A DNA stretch of 27,876 nucleotides from Acidobacterium sp. (GCA_027323785.1 DAHVZZ010000347.1:1-27876); one strand, 5' to 3'; shown: positions 1 to 9,781, counted from the stretch's first letter. Notes: generated by a model from the letters alone, not told the origin. Program-made: numbers and translations.

Positions 1-336
1 TCTTCACCATCCCAAACCATCGACGCCCGGGATGTATTTCCGCCCGCCGTGCCCTCTGGTCTGGCCGTCGTGCCTGACCAGCAGGCCCGGACGATGAGCC
101 TGTCCTGGATACCCGATTCCGCCGCCGATCTGGCGGGATACATCGTCTATCGCCGCGACCTGTCAGCCGGATCAGGCATCCAGCGTATCTCTGGCGCGGC
201 GCTCATCGTTGCGCCATCCTTTGTCGATAGCAATGTTGTTCCAGACCATCGATATGCCTACTCGGTCAGCGCCGTCGATCAGGATGGCAACCAGAGTGCC
301 CGATCTTCGGAAGTAGTCGTCGAGTTGAAGAAGTAA
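1..336 (+). CDS. Fibronectin type III domain protein, C-terminal part (5' truncated by window edge)
   Basis: Frame is open from base 1 (SSPSQTIDARDVFPPAVPSGL). FN3 hallmarks: PPAVPSGL, LSW, GYIVYR, FVD, YAYSVSAVD..GNQS..S. Stop TAA at 334-336. Confidence 0.8.
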   Translation, partial: SSPSQTIDARDVFPPAVPSGLAVVPDQQARTMSLSWIPDSAADLAGYIVYRRDLSAGSGIQRISGAALIVAPSFVDSNVVPDHRYAYSVSAVDQDGNQSARSSEVVVELKK

Positions 337-349
337 ACGAGGATAAGAC

Positions 350-1138
350 ATGAGATATTGCCGCTTTCAGACGCCGGATGGCCCACAATACGGCGAAGTC
401 GCGGATCGCGCGGGCGTTCTGTGGATTGAGCGTGTGCTGCCGCCCTTCCCCGAAGACCCCTGGACAGTCCCGAGCGCCGTCGCCTTCGAGCCGCTGCCGC
501 TCGCCGAAGCAAGCCTCCTGCCGCCTGTCGTCCCTTCAAAGATTCTCTGCATCGGACGCAATTACCGCGACCATGCCGCGGAATTAGGCAACGAAATCCC
601 CAAAGAGCCCCTGCTCTTTCTGAAAGCTCCCTCCTCCGTCATCGGTCCCGGCCAGCCCGTCCGAATTCCCGCCATTTCCCGGCGCGTCGATTTTGAAGGC
701 GAGCTGGCTGTCGTGATCGGCAGGCGTGCGTCAAAGATTGGCCCTGACGAAGATGTTCGGCCCTACATTCGTGGCTACACCATCGTGAACGACGTCACCG
801 CTCGCGACCTGCAGAAGACCGATGGACAGTGGTCACGCGCCAAAGGCTTCGACACCTTCTGTCCTGTGGGACCGCTGGTGACCGACGAAATCGACCCGCA
901 CAAAGGACTGGTAGTCGAGACGCGGCTCAACGGCGAACTCAGGCAGCATGGCACTACCGCCGATTTCATCTTTGCTATCCCAGCCCTCCTTCGCTACATC
1001 ACTGCCGCTATCACGCTGCTGCCCGGCGACCTGATCCCCACGGGCACTCCCGCGGGTGTAAGCCCCATGCAGCCAGGCGATCTGGTTGCAGTGTCGGTCG
1101 AAGGAATTGGCACGCTCGCCAACCCGGTTGTGGGCTAG
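350..1138 (+). CDS. Fumarylacetoacetate (FAA) hydrolase family protein
   Basis: Motifs KILCIGRNYRDH, FLKAP, DFEGELAVVIG, NDVTARD, AKGFDTFCPVGP, GDLIPTGTP. RBS GAGG upstream of ATG. Confidence 0.95.
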   Translation: MRYCRFQTPDGPQYGEVADRAGVLWIERVLPPFPEDPWTVPSAVAFEPLPLAEASLLPPVVPSKILCIGRNYRDHAAELGNEIPKEPLLFLKAPSSVIGPGQPVRIPAISRRVDFEGELAVVIGRRASKIGPDEDVRPYIRGYTIVNDVTARDLQKTDGQWSRAKGFDTFCPVGPLVTDEIDPHKGLVVETRLNGELRQHGTTADFIFAIPALLRYITAAITLLPGDLIPTGTPAGVSPMQPGDLVAVSVEGIGTLANPVVG

Positions 1139-1213
1139 CCGGCCTCGCCATTCCGGCATCTAAATCAAGTATGAAGCTGGGGTTAAGGCAATCCTGAATT
1201 GCGGCGCGAGCTT

Positions 1214-1241
1214 TTGCTGGAGTCGCCGGATCAGAGATAAT
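1214..1241 (+). promoter_or_regulatory. Candidate sigma70-type promoter for tal
   Basis: TTGCTG (1214-1219), 16-nt spacer, GATAAT (1236-1241) in the 123-bp intergenic gap, followed by a purine-rich RBS (GGAAGGGGG). Motif match only. Confidence 0.3.
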
Positions 1242-1261
1242 AGTTTCAGGAAGGGGGATGG

Positions 1262-2269
1262 ATGGCAAAAACACTGCTTGCACAGCTCCGCGAGATGACT
1301 ACCGTCGTGGCGGATACCGGCGACATCGAAGCGATTGAGAAGGCGAAACCGCAGGATGCGACAACCAACCCGTCGCTTTTGACTGCGGCGGCCCAGATGC
1401 CCCAGTACAGCAAAATCGTGGACGATGTGCTGCTGGATGCGAAGAAGGAACTTGGCGGAAATGCCGCCGACGACAAGGTGACAAAGCTGGCCTTCGAAAA
1501 CCTGGCCGTAGCCTTTGGTAAGAAAATTCTCCAGATTATCCCGGGCCGCGTTTCCACCGAAGTCGATGCCCGGCTCTCCTATGATCGGGAAGCCACCATC
1601 GCCCAGGCGCACTCGATCATCCGCAAATACGAAAGCGCGGGTGTCTCGCGTGAGCGCATCCTCATCAAGATCGCCTCCACGTGGGAAGGAATCCGCGCAG
1701 CCGAAATACTGGAGAAGGAAGGGATTCACTGCAATCTCACCCTCCTCTTTGGCCTGCATCAGGCCATTGCCTGCGCCGAAGCGAAGGTCACCCTGATTTC
1801 GCCCTTCGTCGGCCGCATCCTCGACTGGTACAAGAAGGACACCGGTAAGGACTATCAGGGCGCGGACGATCCCGGGGTTCAGTCGGTTACCCGCATCTAC
1901 AACTACTTCAAGAAATTCCATTACCGCACGCAGGTGATGGGAGCCAGCTTCCGCAACACCGGAGAAATCATCGAGCTCGCGGGCTGCGATCTCCTCACGA
2001 TCTCCCCGCACCTGCTGCAGGAGCTCGATTCAGCCGAAGGCAATCTGGAGCGTAAACTCGATCCCCAGCGCTCCATCGCGGATACCTCCATCGAGAAGAT
2101 CCCGATGGATCAGGACCAGTTCGAGAAGATGCATGCCGCCGACCGCATGGCGCATGAAAAGCTCTCGGAGGGCATCGAAGGCTTCAGCAAGGCGCTGGTC
2201 CAGCTCGAACAGCTGCTGGCAAAGCGCCTGGCCGAACTGGAATCCGCAAAAACAGTCGGCGCTCACTGA
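1262..2269 (+). CDS. tal: Transaldolase
   Basis: [38 protein letters not shown] (Schiff-base Lys), [22 protein letters not shown]; 335 aa. Confidence 0.97.
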   Translation: MAKTLLAQLREMTTVVADTGDIEAIEKAKPQDATTNPSLLTAAAQMPQYSKIVDDVLLDAKKELGGNAADDKVTKLAFENLAVAFGKKILQIIPGRVSTEVDARLSYDREATIAQAHSIIRKYESAGVSRERILIKIASTWEGIRAAEILEKEGIHCNLTLLFGLHQAIACAEAKVTLISPFVGRILDWYKKDTGKDYQGADDPGVQSVTRIYNYFKKFHYRTQVMGASFRNTGEIIELAGCDLLTISPHLLQELDSAEGNLERKLDPQRSIADTSIEKIPMDQDQFEKMHAADRMAHEKLSEGIEGFSKALVQLEQLLAKRLAELESAKTVGAH

Positions 2270-2286
2270 AATACCCGCAACATGGC

Positions 2287-2322
2287 AAGACAGGCAGCCG
2301 TCCAGGCTGCCTGTCTTCTTTT
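2287..2322 (+). terminator. Rho-independent terminator after tal
   Basis: Perfect 13-bp stem AAGACAGGCAGCC (2287-2299) / GGCTGCCTGTCTT (2305-2317), 5-nt loop, then CTTTT. Lies 17 bp after the tal stop and between convergent genes. Confidence 0.85.
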
Positions 2323-2366
2323 AGGCCGGAGATCGCTCTCGCGCAGCAGCTTTCCGTAAGCTTCGG

Positions 2367-2801
2367 CTATGCCCGGACCGATGCTTCCTCGTTTGCGTGC
2401 TGCGCGTCCTTCGTCTTCAGCGCAATTTCCACACTGGGCGGAGACAAAAGCGTATTGTGCACCAGGCACTTGTGTACCGAGCGCAGCATCCCCTGCTCCT
2501 GATCCTCTGTCAGCGCAACCGGCGAGATCACATCGATCTTAAAATTCCCTAGGCGCGCCGGCTGAAGCAGCTTTTCGGCCGTGACTGAAACCTCCACGCC
2601 CCCCTCAGCCAGATGCCGCGCTCGGAGATACTGCGCCGCATAGAACGCCGCGCACGACCCCAGCGACGCCAGCAACAGCTCCGGCGGCGTCATCCCCGTA
2701 TCCGCTCCGCCGTTTTCCACGGGCTGATCGCTGATCACTGTATGGTTGCGTGTTTCGATGGAGAACTGAACGCCTTCCGTTTGTCTCACGTGGACCTGCA
2801 T
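2367..2801 (-). CDS. OsmC/Ohr family protein (OsmC-like, YhfA-type)
   Basis: SDQPVENGGADTGMTPPELLLASLGSC and HKCLVHNTL: both family cysteines present. RBS GAGAGG upstream. Confidence 0.9.
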   Translation of the reverse strand: MQVHVRQTEGVQFSIETRNHTVISDQPVENGGADTGMTPPELLLASLGSCAAFYAAQYLRARHLAEGGVEVSVTAEKLLQPARLGNFKIDVISPVALTEDQEQGMLRSVHKCLVHNTLLSPPSVEIALKTKDAQHANEEASVRA

Positions 2802-2856
2802 TCGTGGTTCCTCTCTTCCGGTGCCTTCATCTGCTCGGATTTCGGCTGCCGGAGTT

Positions 2857-2880
2857 GCAGGGCCAATTGGCCCGGTTACA
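2857..2880 (-). promoter_or_regulatory. Candidate ECF-type promoter/operator upstream of osmC-like gene
   Basis: Minus strand TGTAAC-N13-CCTGC, containing a perfect 14-bp palindrome GGGCCAATTGGCCC (2860-2873). A similar TGTAAC-N14-CCCGC lies upstream of tolC. Confidence 0.3.
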
Positions 2881-2899
2881 AATTACAGCCCAAGCAGCT

Positions 2900-3481
2900 T
2901 CACGGTTTCGTGCCGCTGACGATCCAGGAATATTTGCCGGCACCCCCCGGAGCATCCTCCCGGAATCCGGCCTCCGCGAGCGCCTGTCGTGCTGCCCCTG
3001 CCGCAATTCTATGCTCAAGTGGAGGCCCATGCTCTGGTTCCACGTCCGGACGCCAGTCGAGCAAGGCAATCCGTCCGCCTTTTCGGAGAATGCGTCCCGC
3101 CTCCGCAAGAACCGCCGCATGGTCGTCGAACTCATGCCACACGTTCGCCATAAACACCACGTCGCACGACTCCGCTCCCAGCCCTGTGGCCGATGCCTCG
3201 CCTTCGACGCAACGCACGTTCTCTGCGCCGCTTTCCCCGAGCTTCGCCTGAATGCGTGCCAGCATTTCCGGCGAAACGTCCACCGCAAAAACCTGTCCCC
3301 GCGCTCCCACCTTTTCCGCCATCGGCAATGTGAAATATCCAGTCCCCGCGCCGATGTCGGCGACGGTCATTCCCACACGAAGGGCAAGACGATCGACCAC
3401 CTCGCCCGGTGGAAGCCATTCCCTGCGGCTGGGGTCGTCCAGCCGGTGTGCCTGCGATGGATGAAACCTGCGTTCGTGCAT
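2900..3481 (-). CDS. Class I SAM-dependent methyltransferase (core; frame stays open upstream to GTG at 3811)
   Basis: VADIGAGTGYF (motif I), VFAVDVSPEML, CDVVFMANVWHE, RILRKGGRIALLDW. ATG at 3481 (MHERRF) has GAAGAGGA upstream. Confidence 0.85.
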   Translation of the reverse strand: MHERRFHPSQAHRLDDPSRREWLPPGEVVDRLALRVGMTVADIGAGTGYFTLPMAEKVGARGQVFAVDVSPEMLARIQAKLGESGAENVRCVEGEASATGLGAESCDVVFMANVWHEFDDHAAVLAEAGRILRKGGRIALLDWRPDVEPEHGPPLEHRIAAGAARQALAEAGFREDAPGGAGKYSWIVSGTKP

Positions 3482-3811
3482 GATTCTGTCTGCGTCCTCT
3501 TCGTATGAAGCATTTTCCCGGACCGGTGTTGGCGTCGCCGGCCGGCCTGCATCGATTCTGCATGGCCGGTCGCCTTCGCAGCCTGGCTCCTTCCCGATCA
3601 TCTTCAGGCATACCGGGCAAACCGAGCGCAGCCACCGGCGCGGTTCGCTCTGCGCAGGCTCTCTTTCAAAAGCCATCCAGGCCCGCAGCAGCGCCACAGC
3701 CAGCAGCATATCAGCCGAAGGATGCCCTTCCTCCAGCCGGAACATCTGCCGGTACACTTCATCCTGCAGGTGTTCCAGTTGGCGATGCTTTGCTGGCTGC
3801 TCCCTGCTCAC
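3482..3811 (-). other. 110-codon Cys-containing segment in frame with the methyltransferase (N-terminal extension or former separate gene)
   Basis: No stop between 3811 and 2900. Coding-like codon usage. GTG start 12 bp after the DUF2892 stop. Contains CPVC..GC...C. Confidence 0.4.
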
Positions 3812-3823
3812 AATCCCTCGTTG

Positions 3824-4039
3824 CTACGCGTGCTGACGTTCGCCGCACCCGGCGTTCCGCAGTCCCATCCACTTGAAAATTGCCATGGCCGGACACCAGT
3901 TCGTAAACGCGGACTGAAACAGGTTCAGCCCCACGAATGCCGTGAGCCAAAGCCACATTGGTGATACCCAGTGAGCCAGCGCCAGCGATGCAAGCACCAC
4001 CACCCCAGCCATTAACCGAACTGCGCGTTCTACTGTCAT
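3824..4039 (-). CDS. DUF2892 (YgaP-like transmembrane) protein
   Basis: 71 aa with two hydrophobic helices; ERAVRLMAG, FVGLNLFQSAFTNWCP with the conserved Cys. ATGA overlap with the RND stop. Confidence 0.9.
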   Translation of the reverse strand: MTVERAVRLMAGVVVLASLALAHWVSPMWLWLTAFVGLNLFQSAFTNWCPAMAIFKWMGLRNAGCGERQHA

Positions 4040-7000
4040 TGTGCAACCTCCTGTTGCTCCAGTGGAGAAGATGACCCTGTTTCCGCTTCTCTGGAATGCA
4101 TCATGTAATACAGCACCGGAACAGCGGGCCAGGAAAGAAATGTTGAAGCCACGCCCCCCGCAATCAGCGAAAGGCCCAGCCCCTGAAAGATCGGATCGGC
4201 AAGAATCACACTGGAGCCGACAACCACGCCCGCGGCGGTCAGCAGCACCGGCCGCAGCCGCACAGCCCCCGCGTCGATGGCCGCTTCCTTCAGCGGCATC
4301 CCCTGGCGGCGTCTCAACTCAATAAAGTCCACCACCAGAATCGAGTTCCGCACGATGATGCCCGCCCCGGCGATAAAGCCAATCATCGAAGTAGCCGTGA
4401 AGAACGCTCCGATCATGGCATGTGCCGGCAAAATTCCAATCAGCGTCAGCGGAATCGGAATCATGATCACCAGCGGCGCCGTAAACGACTTGAACCACCC
4501 GACAACCAGGATGTAAATCAGCACCAGCACCGCGGCAAAGGCAATCCCGAGATCGCGGAATACCTCAATCGTGATCTGCCACTCGCCATCCCACTTCAGC
4601 GAATAGTGAGCGGTGGACTTCGGCTGTACCGAGTTGTATCGGGCCAGCTTGTAACCGTCCGGCAGTGTGATCTTGTCCAGGGCCTTGTTCATTTTCAGAA
4701 TCGCGTACACGGGGCTCTCCTCCCCGCCGGCTACGTCGCCGGTCACGTACACGACCCGCTCCATATTCTTCTGATAAATGTCCGGCTGCAGCGTCGTGTG
4801 CTCCACATCCACCAGCTCACGCAGCGAAACCATGCTGCCGTCGGCACCGCGTAGTCGGATTCCCTCCAGCCCCTGCAGCGAAGAGCGTTCCGCCCGGTCC
4901 AGTTCCACAACCGTCGGAATCGGCTCCCGTGAACCCGGCACATGCAGCAGCCCTGCATGTGCTCCCGACGTCGCCAGCGCCAGCGTCTGCGCCACCTCCG
5001 ACACCGGAATCCCATGCAGTGCCGCCTTGGCCTCGTCCACATGGAAGTTCACCTGCGGCTGCGGATCCTGCATGTACCAGTCCGTATCCACCACACCGGG
5101 CGTCTGCTGGAAGATCTTCTTCACCTTGCGGGCGAGCGCGATCTGGCCGTTAAGATTCGGCCCGTAAATCTCCGCTACCAGCGTCTGCAGAACCGGTGGT
5201 CCCGGAGGCACTTCCGCAATCTGGATTCGCGCCTTGTACGCATCGGCAATCCTGTCCAGCCCCGGCCGCATTTGCTTCGCGATGGCATGACTCTGCATGC
5301 TGCGCTGATCCGCTGGCAGCAGGTTGACCTCGATGTCCGCCTGATTCGGCTGGTTCCGCAGATAGTAGTGGCGAACAAGACCATTGAATGTGATCGGTCC
5401 GGCGGTGCCCGAGTAAATCTGGTAATTCTTCACAACGGGTTGCCGGCTCAGGTAATCGCCAAGCGCCTGCGCCACCCGCGTCGTCTGCTCCAGAGGCGTT
5501 CCATCCGGCATGTTGATAATCACCTGGAAGTCGCTCTTGTTGTCGAAAGGCAGCATCTTCACCAGCACCGCCTTCAGCGGCACCAGGGCGCAGGCGGCCA
5601 GCAACAGCAGGGCCAAAGCGCCTAGAAACATCCAGCGGTTCCGGGACCGTCGCATCAGCCGGTGCATCACGCGCCGGTAAAAACGCGTCAGCCATCCTTC
5701 CTTTTCCGGAGTCAGCGTATGCGCGCCGGCCAGGTGCTTCCGCCCCAGCAGCCGCATCGCCGCCCACGGAGACACGACGAACGCAACCATCAGCGAGAAC
5801 ATCATCGCCATCGAAGCGCCCACCGGGATCGGCCTCATATACGGCCCCATCAGCCCGCGCACAAAAGCCATCGGCAGAATGGCGGCGATCACAGTGAAGG
5901 TGGCCAGAATCGTCGGATTGCCCACCTCCGCCACGGCTTCCACCGCGACATCCATCAGCGGACGCCGGTAGTTGGTCGGTATTCGGAAATGGCGCACCAT
6001 GTTTTCAACCACCACAATGGCGTCATCCACCAATATGCCGATACTGAAGATCAGCGCGAACAGCGTTACGCGGTTCAGCGTGTAGCCCAGCAGGTAGAAC
6101 ACGAGCAGCGTGAGCGCCAGCGTGACGGGCACCGCCAGCAGCACCACGCCCGACTCCCGCCAGCCCAGGAACAGAGCAATCAGAAACGTAACTGACAGCG
6201 TTGCCAGTACCAGGTGTTTCAGCAGCGTGTCCGCCTTCGCCTTCGCCGATGCGCCGTAGTCTCGCGTCGTCGTGATCGTCAGGTCATTGGGCAGCGCGAC
6301 GCCCTTCATCGCATCCACGCGCGCCAGCACAGCATTGGCCACATCCGTGGCGTTGGTTCCTTTGCGCTTGGCAATCGTAATCGTAACCGCTGGGTATTCC
6401 TGTGCCGGTACGCCTCCATCGTGCGCCCATGTTGTCCCGAAAAGAACGTAGCTCTTCGCGTCTTCCGGGCCGTCGACCACCCGGTCGGCCACATCGCGCA
6501 AATACACAGGGCGTCCTTTGGACACGCCAACCACGACGTTCTCAACATCCTGCGTGTCCCGGAAAAAGTTCCCGGCATCCACGCGAACCTCTTCATTGCC
6601 CTCAGCGAATTCCCCCGCCTGAATCCGGGCATTGGCCGCCTGCAACCGATGCACAACATCTTCCGGTGCGATTCCGAACGCAGCCAGCTTCGCGCCGTTG
6701 AGGATTACCCGCATGGCTCTCGGCCGTCCGCCAATGATCGAGGTCTCCGACACGTTCGGAACCTCGCGAATCGTATGCTGAATCTCGGCCGCCATCTGGC
6801 GCAGCTGATAGCCGTTGTAGTGCGAGCCCCACAGCGTCAGCGTCAGAATCGGCACGTCGTCAATCGAACGCGCCTTGATCATCGGCCGGGAAGCGCCCGG
6901 CGGCAGAATGCTGATGTTGGAATACAGCTTGCTGTACACCTTGACCAGCGCGTTCTCCTCCGGCGTTCCCACCAGGAATCGCACGATCACCAGACTTTGC

Positions 7001-7305
7001 CCCGGGCTGGAAATCGAGTACACGTACTTGACGCCCGGAATCTCGTGCATCAGACCTTCGATGGGGTTGGTGACGCGCTCTTCCACCTCTTTCGGGGTTG
7101 CCCCCGGCATGGCCGTCATCACGTCCAGCATCGGCACCTTGATCTGCGGGTCTTCCTCCCGCGGAATCGCGATGACCGCAAAGATCCCCAGCGCCAGAGA
7201 TGCCAGAATCGCCAGTGGCGTCAGCTTCGAATTGATGAACGCCCGCGCCAGACTTCCCGCGATGCCGTGTGACTTCTTCGTCGCGTCGCTCGTGTCCTCT
7301 TTCAC
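4036..7305 (-). CDS. RND efflux permease (AcrB/AcrD/AcrF family)
   Basis: 1089 aa; PREEDPQIKVP, TM4 GILVDDAIVVVEN, GIIVRNSILVVDF, RLRPVLLT. GTGA overlap with the MFP stop. Confidence 0.95.
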   Translation of the reverse strand: MKEDTSDATKKSHGIAGSLARAFINSKLTPLAILASLALGIFAVIAIPREEDPQIKVPMLDVMTAMPGATPKEVEERVTNPIEGLMHEIPGVKYVYSISSPGQSLVIVRFLVGTPEENALVKVYSKLYSNISILPPGASRPMIKARSIDDVPILTLTLWGSHYNGYQLRQMAAEIQHTIREVPNVSETSIIGGRPRAMRVILNGAKLAAFGIAPEDVVHRLQAANARIQAGEFAEGNEEVRVDAGNFFRDTQDVENVVVGVSKGRPVYLRDVADRVVDGPEDAKSYVLFGTTWAHDGGVPAQEYPAVTITIAKRKGTNATDVANAVLARVDAMKGVALPNDLTITTTRDYGASAKAKADTLLKHLVLATLSVTFLIALFLGWRESGVVLLAVPVTLALTLLVFYLLGYTLNRVTLFALIFSIGILVDDAIVVVENMVRHFRIPTNYRRPLMDVAVEAVAEVGNPTILATFTVIAAILPMAFVRGLMGPYMRPIPVGASMAMMFSLMVAFVVSPWAAMRLLGRKHLAGAHTLTPEKEGWLTRFYRRVMHRLMRRSRNRWMFLGALALLLLAACALVPLKAVLVKMLPFDNKSDFQVIINMPDGTPLEQTTRVAQALGDYLSRQPVVKNYQIYSGTAGPITFNGLVRHYYLRNQPNQADIEVNLLPADQRSMQSHAIAKQMRPGLDRIADAYKARIQIAEVPPGPPVLQTLVAEIYGPNLNGQIALARKVKKIFQQTPGVVDTDWYMQDPQPQVNFHVDEAKAALHGIPVSEVAQTLALATSGAHAGLLHVPGSREPIPTVVELDRAERSSLQGLEGIRLRGADGSMVSLRELVDVEHTTLQPDIYQKNMERVVYVTGDVAGGEESPVYAILKMNKALDKITLPDGYKLARYNSVQPKSTAHYSLKWDGEWQITIEVFRDLGIAFAAVLVLIYILVVGWFKSFTAPLVIMIPIPLTLIGILPAHAMIGAFFTATSMIGFIAGAGIIVRNSILVVDFIELRRRQGMPLKEAAIDAGAVRLRPVLLTAAGVVVGSSVILADPIFQGLGLSLIAGGVASTFLSWPAVPVLYYMMHSREAETGSSSPLEQQEVAQ

Positions 7306-8429
7306 CGCTGCTCCCCTGTGTGTCCGTTTGCCGGTTCGATCCGCACGCCTGCCAGATCGCGGTCACCGGGATTGTTCACCAGCGTTTCCCCTGCACTCAG
7401 CCCGGACAGAATCTCCACCTGATCGCCCTGACGGTGCCCCAGAGTTACATAGCGAAGGTGCGAGATCCCGTTCTGGTCGACTGCGTAAACGCACGCCAGC
7501 GAGCCACGCATCGTGACGGCTGACTGCGGCGCCAGAATCATGTTCTTCATTGATCCCGGAAAATCCGCCGTTGCAAACATTCCGGCCCTCAACCCATTCG
7601 TCGCAGGCAGATCCAGCTTCACCAGAAAACTTCGGCTCGATGGATCCGCTGCCGGAACAATCTCCGCCACCGTTCCGGTCAGGTTCCCCATGCCGCTCCC
7701 GCTCACGCTCACCGGAACCTTCATCCCGCGATGCACCGAACCGATCAGGGACTCGTCCACCGTCGTATATACCTGCAGCGGCCCGTCGCGATCGATCTGC
7801 AGCAGAGGAACGCCCGGCGAAGCCAGCGTGCCGGGATCGGCCATGCGCGCTGTCACCACACCGTTGAAGGGTGCCCGGATGGTGGCGTACGCCACCTGGG
7901 TTTTCGCCGCTGCCACCGCGGCCCGAGCCGCCCGCGTCTGTGCCTGGTACGACTCAAACTGCAGGTGCGCCGCTTCCGAACGCTTCTGCACCACATCGAA
8001 TTCCTGCGGGCTGACGCTCTTCTCCTTTTGCAGGAGTTCGTACCGCTTCAGCGTCTCTGCTGCCAGCGAGGCGTCCGACTGCGCGGCCGACTGCTGCATC
8101 TGCGCGGCAGCTTCCGCCGCCTCTGCCTGATTCAGTCCGGCACGCAACGCGGCGTCGTCAAGCTGCACCAGCAGCTGTCCCGTATGAACATAGTCGCCCG
8201 CCTGTACCAGTACCTGGCGGATCTGACCCGGAACCTGCGCGGAGATCGTTGCCGTCTCCTTCGCGTGAAGCGTGCCCGTCGTCTGAATCCGCTGTGTGCG
8301 TTCTGCGGCCACACTGTGCACCAGTTGGCCCTGCACCACCGGCGGTGCGCTTGTGATCGCTTTCTGGTTGCCGGAGCATCCCAGCAGCAGTGCGGGAGCC
8401 AGAAGAAGAGGGTAGTAAACGGCTTTCAT
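7302..8429 (-). CDS. RND periplasmic adaptor (membrane fusion protein), lipoprotein
   Basis: Lipobox LLLGC; ISAQVPGQIRQVLVQAGDYV, coiled-coil hairpin, TIRAPFNGVV, PAADPSSRSF. ATGA overlap with the tolC stop. Confidence 0.95.
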   Translation of the reverse strand: MKAVYYPLLLAPALLLGCSGNQKAITSAPPVVQGQLVHSVAAERTQRIQTTGTLHAKETATISAQVPGQIRQVLVQAGDYVHTGQLLVQLDDAALRAGLNQAEAAEAAAQMQQSAAQSDASLAAETLKRYELLQKEKSVSPQEFDVVQKRSEAAHLQFESYQAQTRAARAAVAAAKTQVAYATIRAPFNGVVTARMADPGTLASPGVPLLQIDRDGPLQVYTTVDESLIGSVHRGMKVPVSVSGSGMGNLTGTVAEIVPAADPSSRSFLVKLDLPATNGLRAGMFATADFPGSMKNMILAPQSAVTMRGSLACVYAVDQNGISHLRYVTLGHRQGDQVEILSGLSAGETLVNNPGDRDLAGVRIEPANGHTGEQR

Positions 8430-9781
8430 TGCAGTTTCTCCGCGGAATCAGGTGTGAGTCGGCCGGTGGCGTACATCAGCTCGGCATAGGCAACGGTATT
8501 TCCCCAGGCAGCGCGCCAGTAATTGTTCTGGCTGGCTCGTTGCGCATCCTCCGCGCGCAGCAGGTCAGTCATCGTGGTCAGCCCGGCGTTGTAGCGGTTG
8601 CGCAGGATGCGCAGCGCCTCGGCGGATTGCTCCATCGCGGCGCGCGCCGTGGCCACCATGCGTTCCGCCGTTTGATGTCCCGTATACGCGCGCTCCACAG
8701 CCATCCGAATCTGCAACTCCTGGCTGCGCTCCTGCGCATCGATCTTTTCCTGTGCCGCCTGTTCCTGGCGCAGCTTTGCCCGCTTGCCCAGAGGCAGCAG
8801 ATCCAGATTCAGCTGCACGCCTGCCACCCAGTTGTTGCCTCCGCTGCCGGCGAAGGTCGTGCGATCCGTCTCCCAGTTGCCGTAGGCGTCGATCTCCGGC
8901 AAAAAGCTCCCGCGTGCCGCCTGAACTGCCTTCCGCTGCGCTGCCATCTGCTGCCGCAGAGCCTTCAGGTCGGGCCGTGCCTTCAGCGCTGCGGCAATAT
9001 CGCTCGCAAGCATGCCATCCGGATAGCTCTGCGCCTTCATCGGCTCCAGCACTCCGCGCGTCGTCGTCGTGCTGCCCATCGCTGTTTCCAGCTCCGCCCA
9101 GGCCGTCTGCAGCCTGCCTTGCGCCGCGATCTGGTCCTGCTCCCGCGCGGACAGATTCACTTGCGCCGCCAGACTGTCGGAATCGACCGCGAGGCCGGCC
9201 TTGACATGCGACTGCGCATCCCGCAGCAACGCCTGCGCCGTCACCACTTCGTGGTTCGCGATCTCCACCTCCCGCTGCGCAAACAGCACACCCTCATATG
9301 CCTGCACCACCCGCAGCACCACTGCCTGCTGGACTGCGCTCGACATCGAGACCGCACTTTTGGCCGCCAGCTTCGCGCTGCTGATCGTCCTCTCTGTGGC
9401 CAGTCCGTCAAACAGCCGCCACGACCCCTTGAAACGGGTAACAAAATCCCCCGTCGGCGTCGGTCGATTCAGCGCATTCAGCGAAAAGTCGCCCTGCGTG
9501 AAACGCTGCTGGCGCAGCTTCGTCCCAAAGACGTACACCGGATCGTTCCCGCGCGACAGGTCTTCAGTGAACTGCAGTTGCGGCAGCAGCGCCGTGCGCG
9601 CCATGCCCGCCTGCGCGTCCGCTGCCTTCTCATCGGCCCGCGCCACGGCTGTCTGCGGATTCTGCCCCAGCGCCCGGGCGATTGCCTGGCGAAGCGTCAG
9701 CGTCTGCTGTTGGGCCATGCCCGGTGTCGCTGCCGCCAGCATCAGGATGAACGTCCAGATTCTTCCGTAATGTCTACTCAT
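8426..9781 (-). CDS. TolC family outer membrane efflux protein
   Basis: Signal peptide (FILMLAAATPGMA), LTLRQAIARALGQNP, ARPDL, RYNAGLTTMTDLLRAE. Start moved to ATG 9781, which has RBS GAGGAAGG. Confidence 0.92.
   Translation of the reverse strand: MSRHYGRIWTFILMLAAATPGMAQQQTLTLRQAIARALGQNPQTAVARADEKAADAQAGMARTALLPQLQFTEDLSRGNDPVYVFGTKLRQQRFTQGDFSLNALNRPTPTGDFVTRFKGSWRLFDGLATERTISSAKLAAKSAVSMSSAVQQAVVLRVVQAYEGVLFAQREVEIANHEVVTAQALLRDAQSHVKAGLAVDSDSLAAQVNLSAREQDQIAAQGRLQTAWAELETAMGSTTTTRGVLEPMKAQSYPDGMLASDIAAALKARPDLKALRQQMAAQRKAVQAARGSFLPEIDAYGNWETDRTTFAGSGGNNWVAGVQLNLDLLPLGKRAKLRQEQAAQEKIDAQERSQELQIRMAVERAYTGHQTAERMVATARAAMEQSAEALRILRNRYNAGLTTMTDLLRAEDAQRASQNNYWRAAWGNTVAYAELMYATGRLTPDSAEKLQ

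Noticed and set aside
1160-2011. 283-aa ORF antisense to tal, and similar shadows (6214..7272, 8390..9880, 11135..11911, 21960..22592, 22623..23600, 25198..26055)
   Set aside because: Each fully overlaps a well-supported gene on the opposite strand and has no domain signatures.
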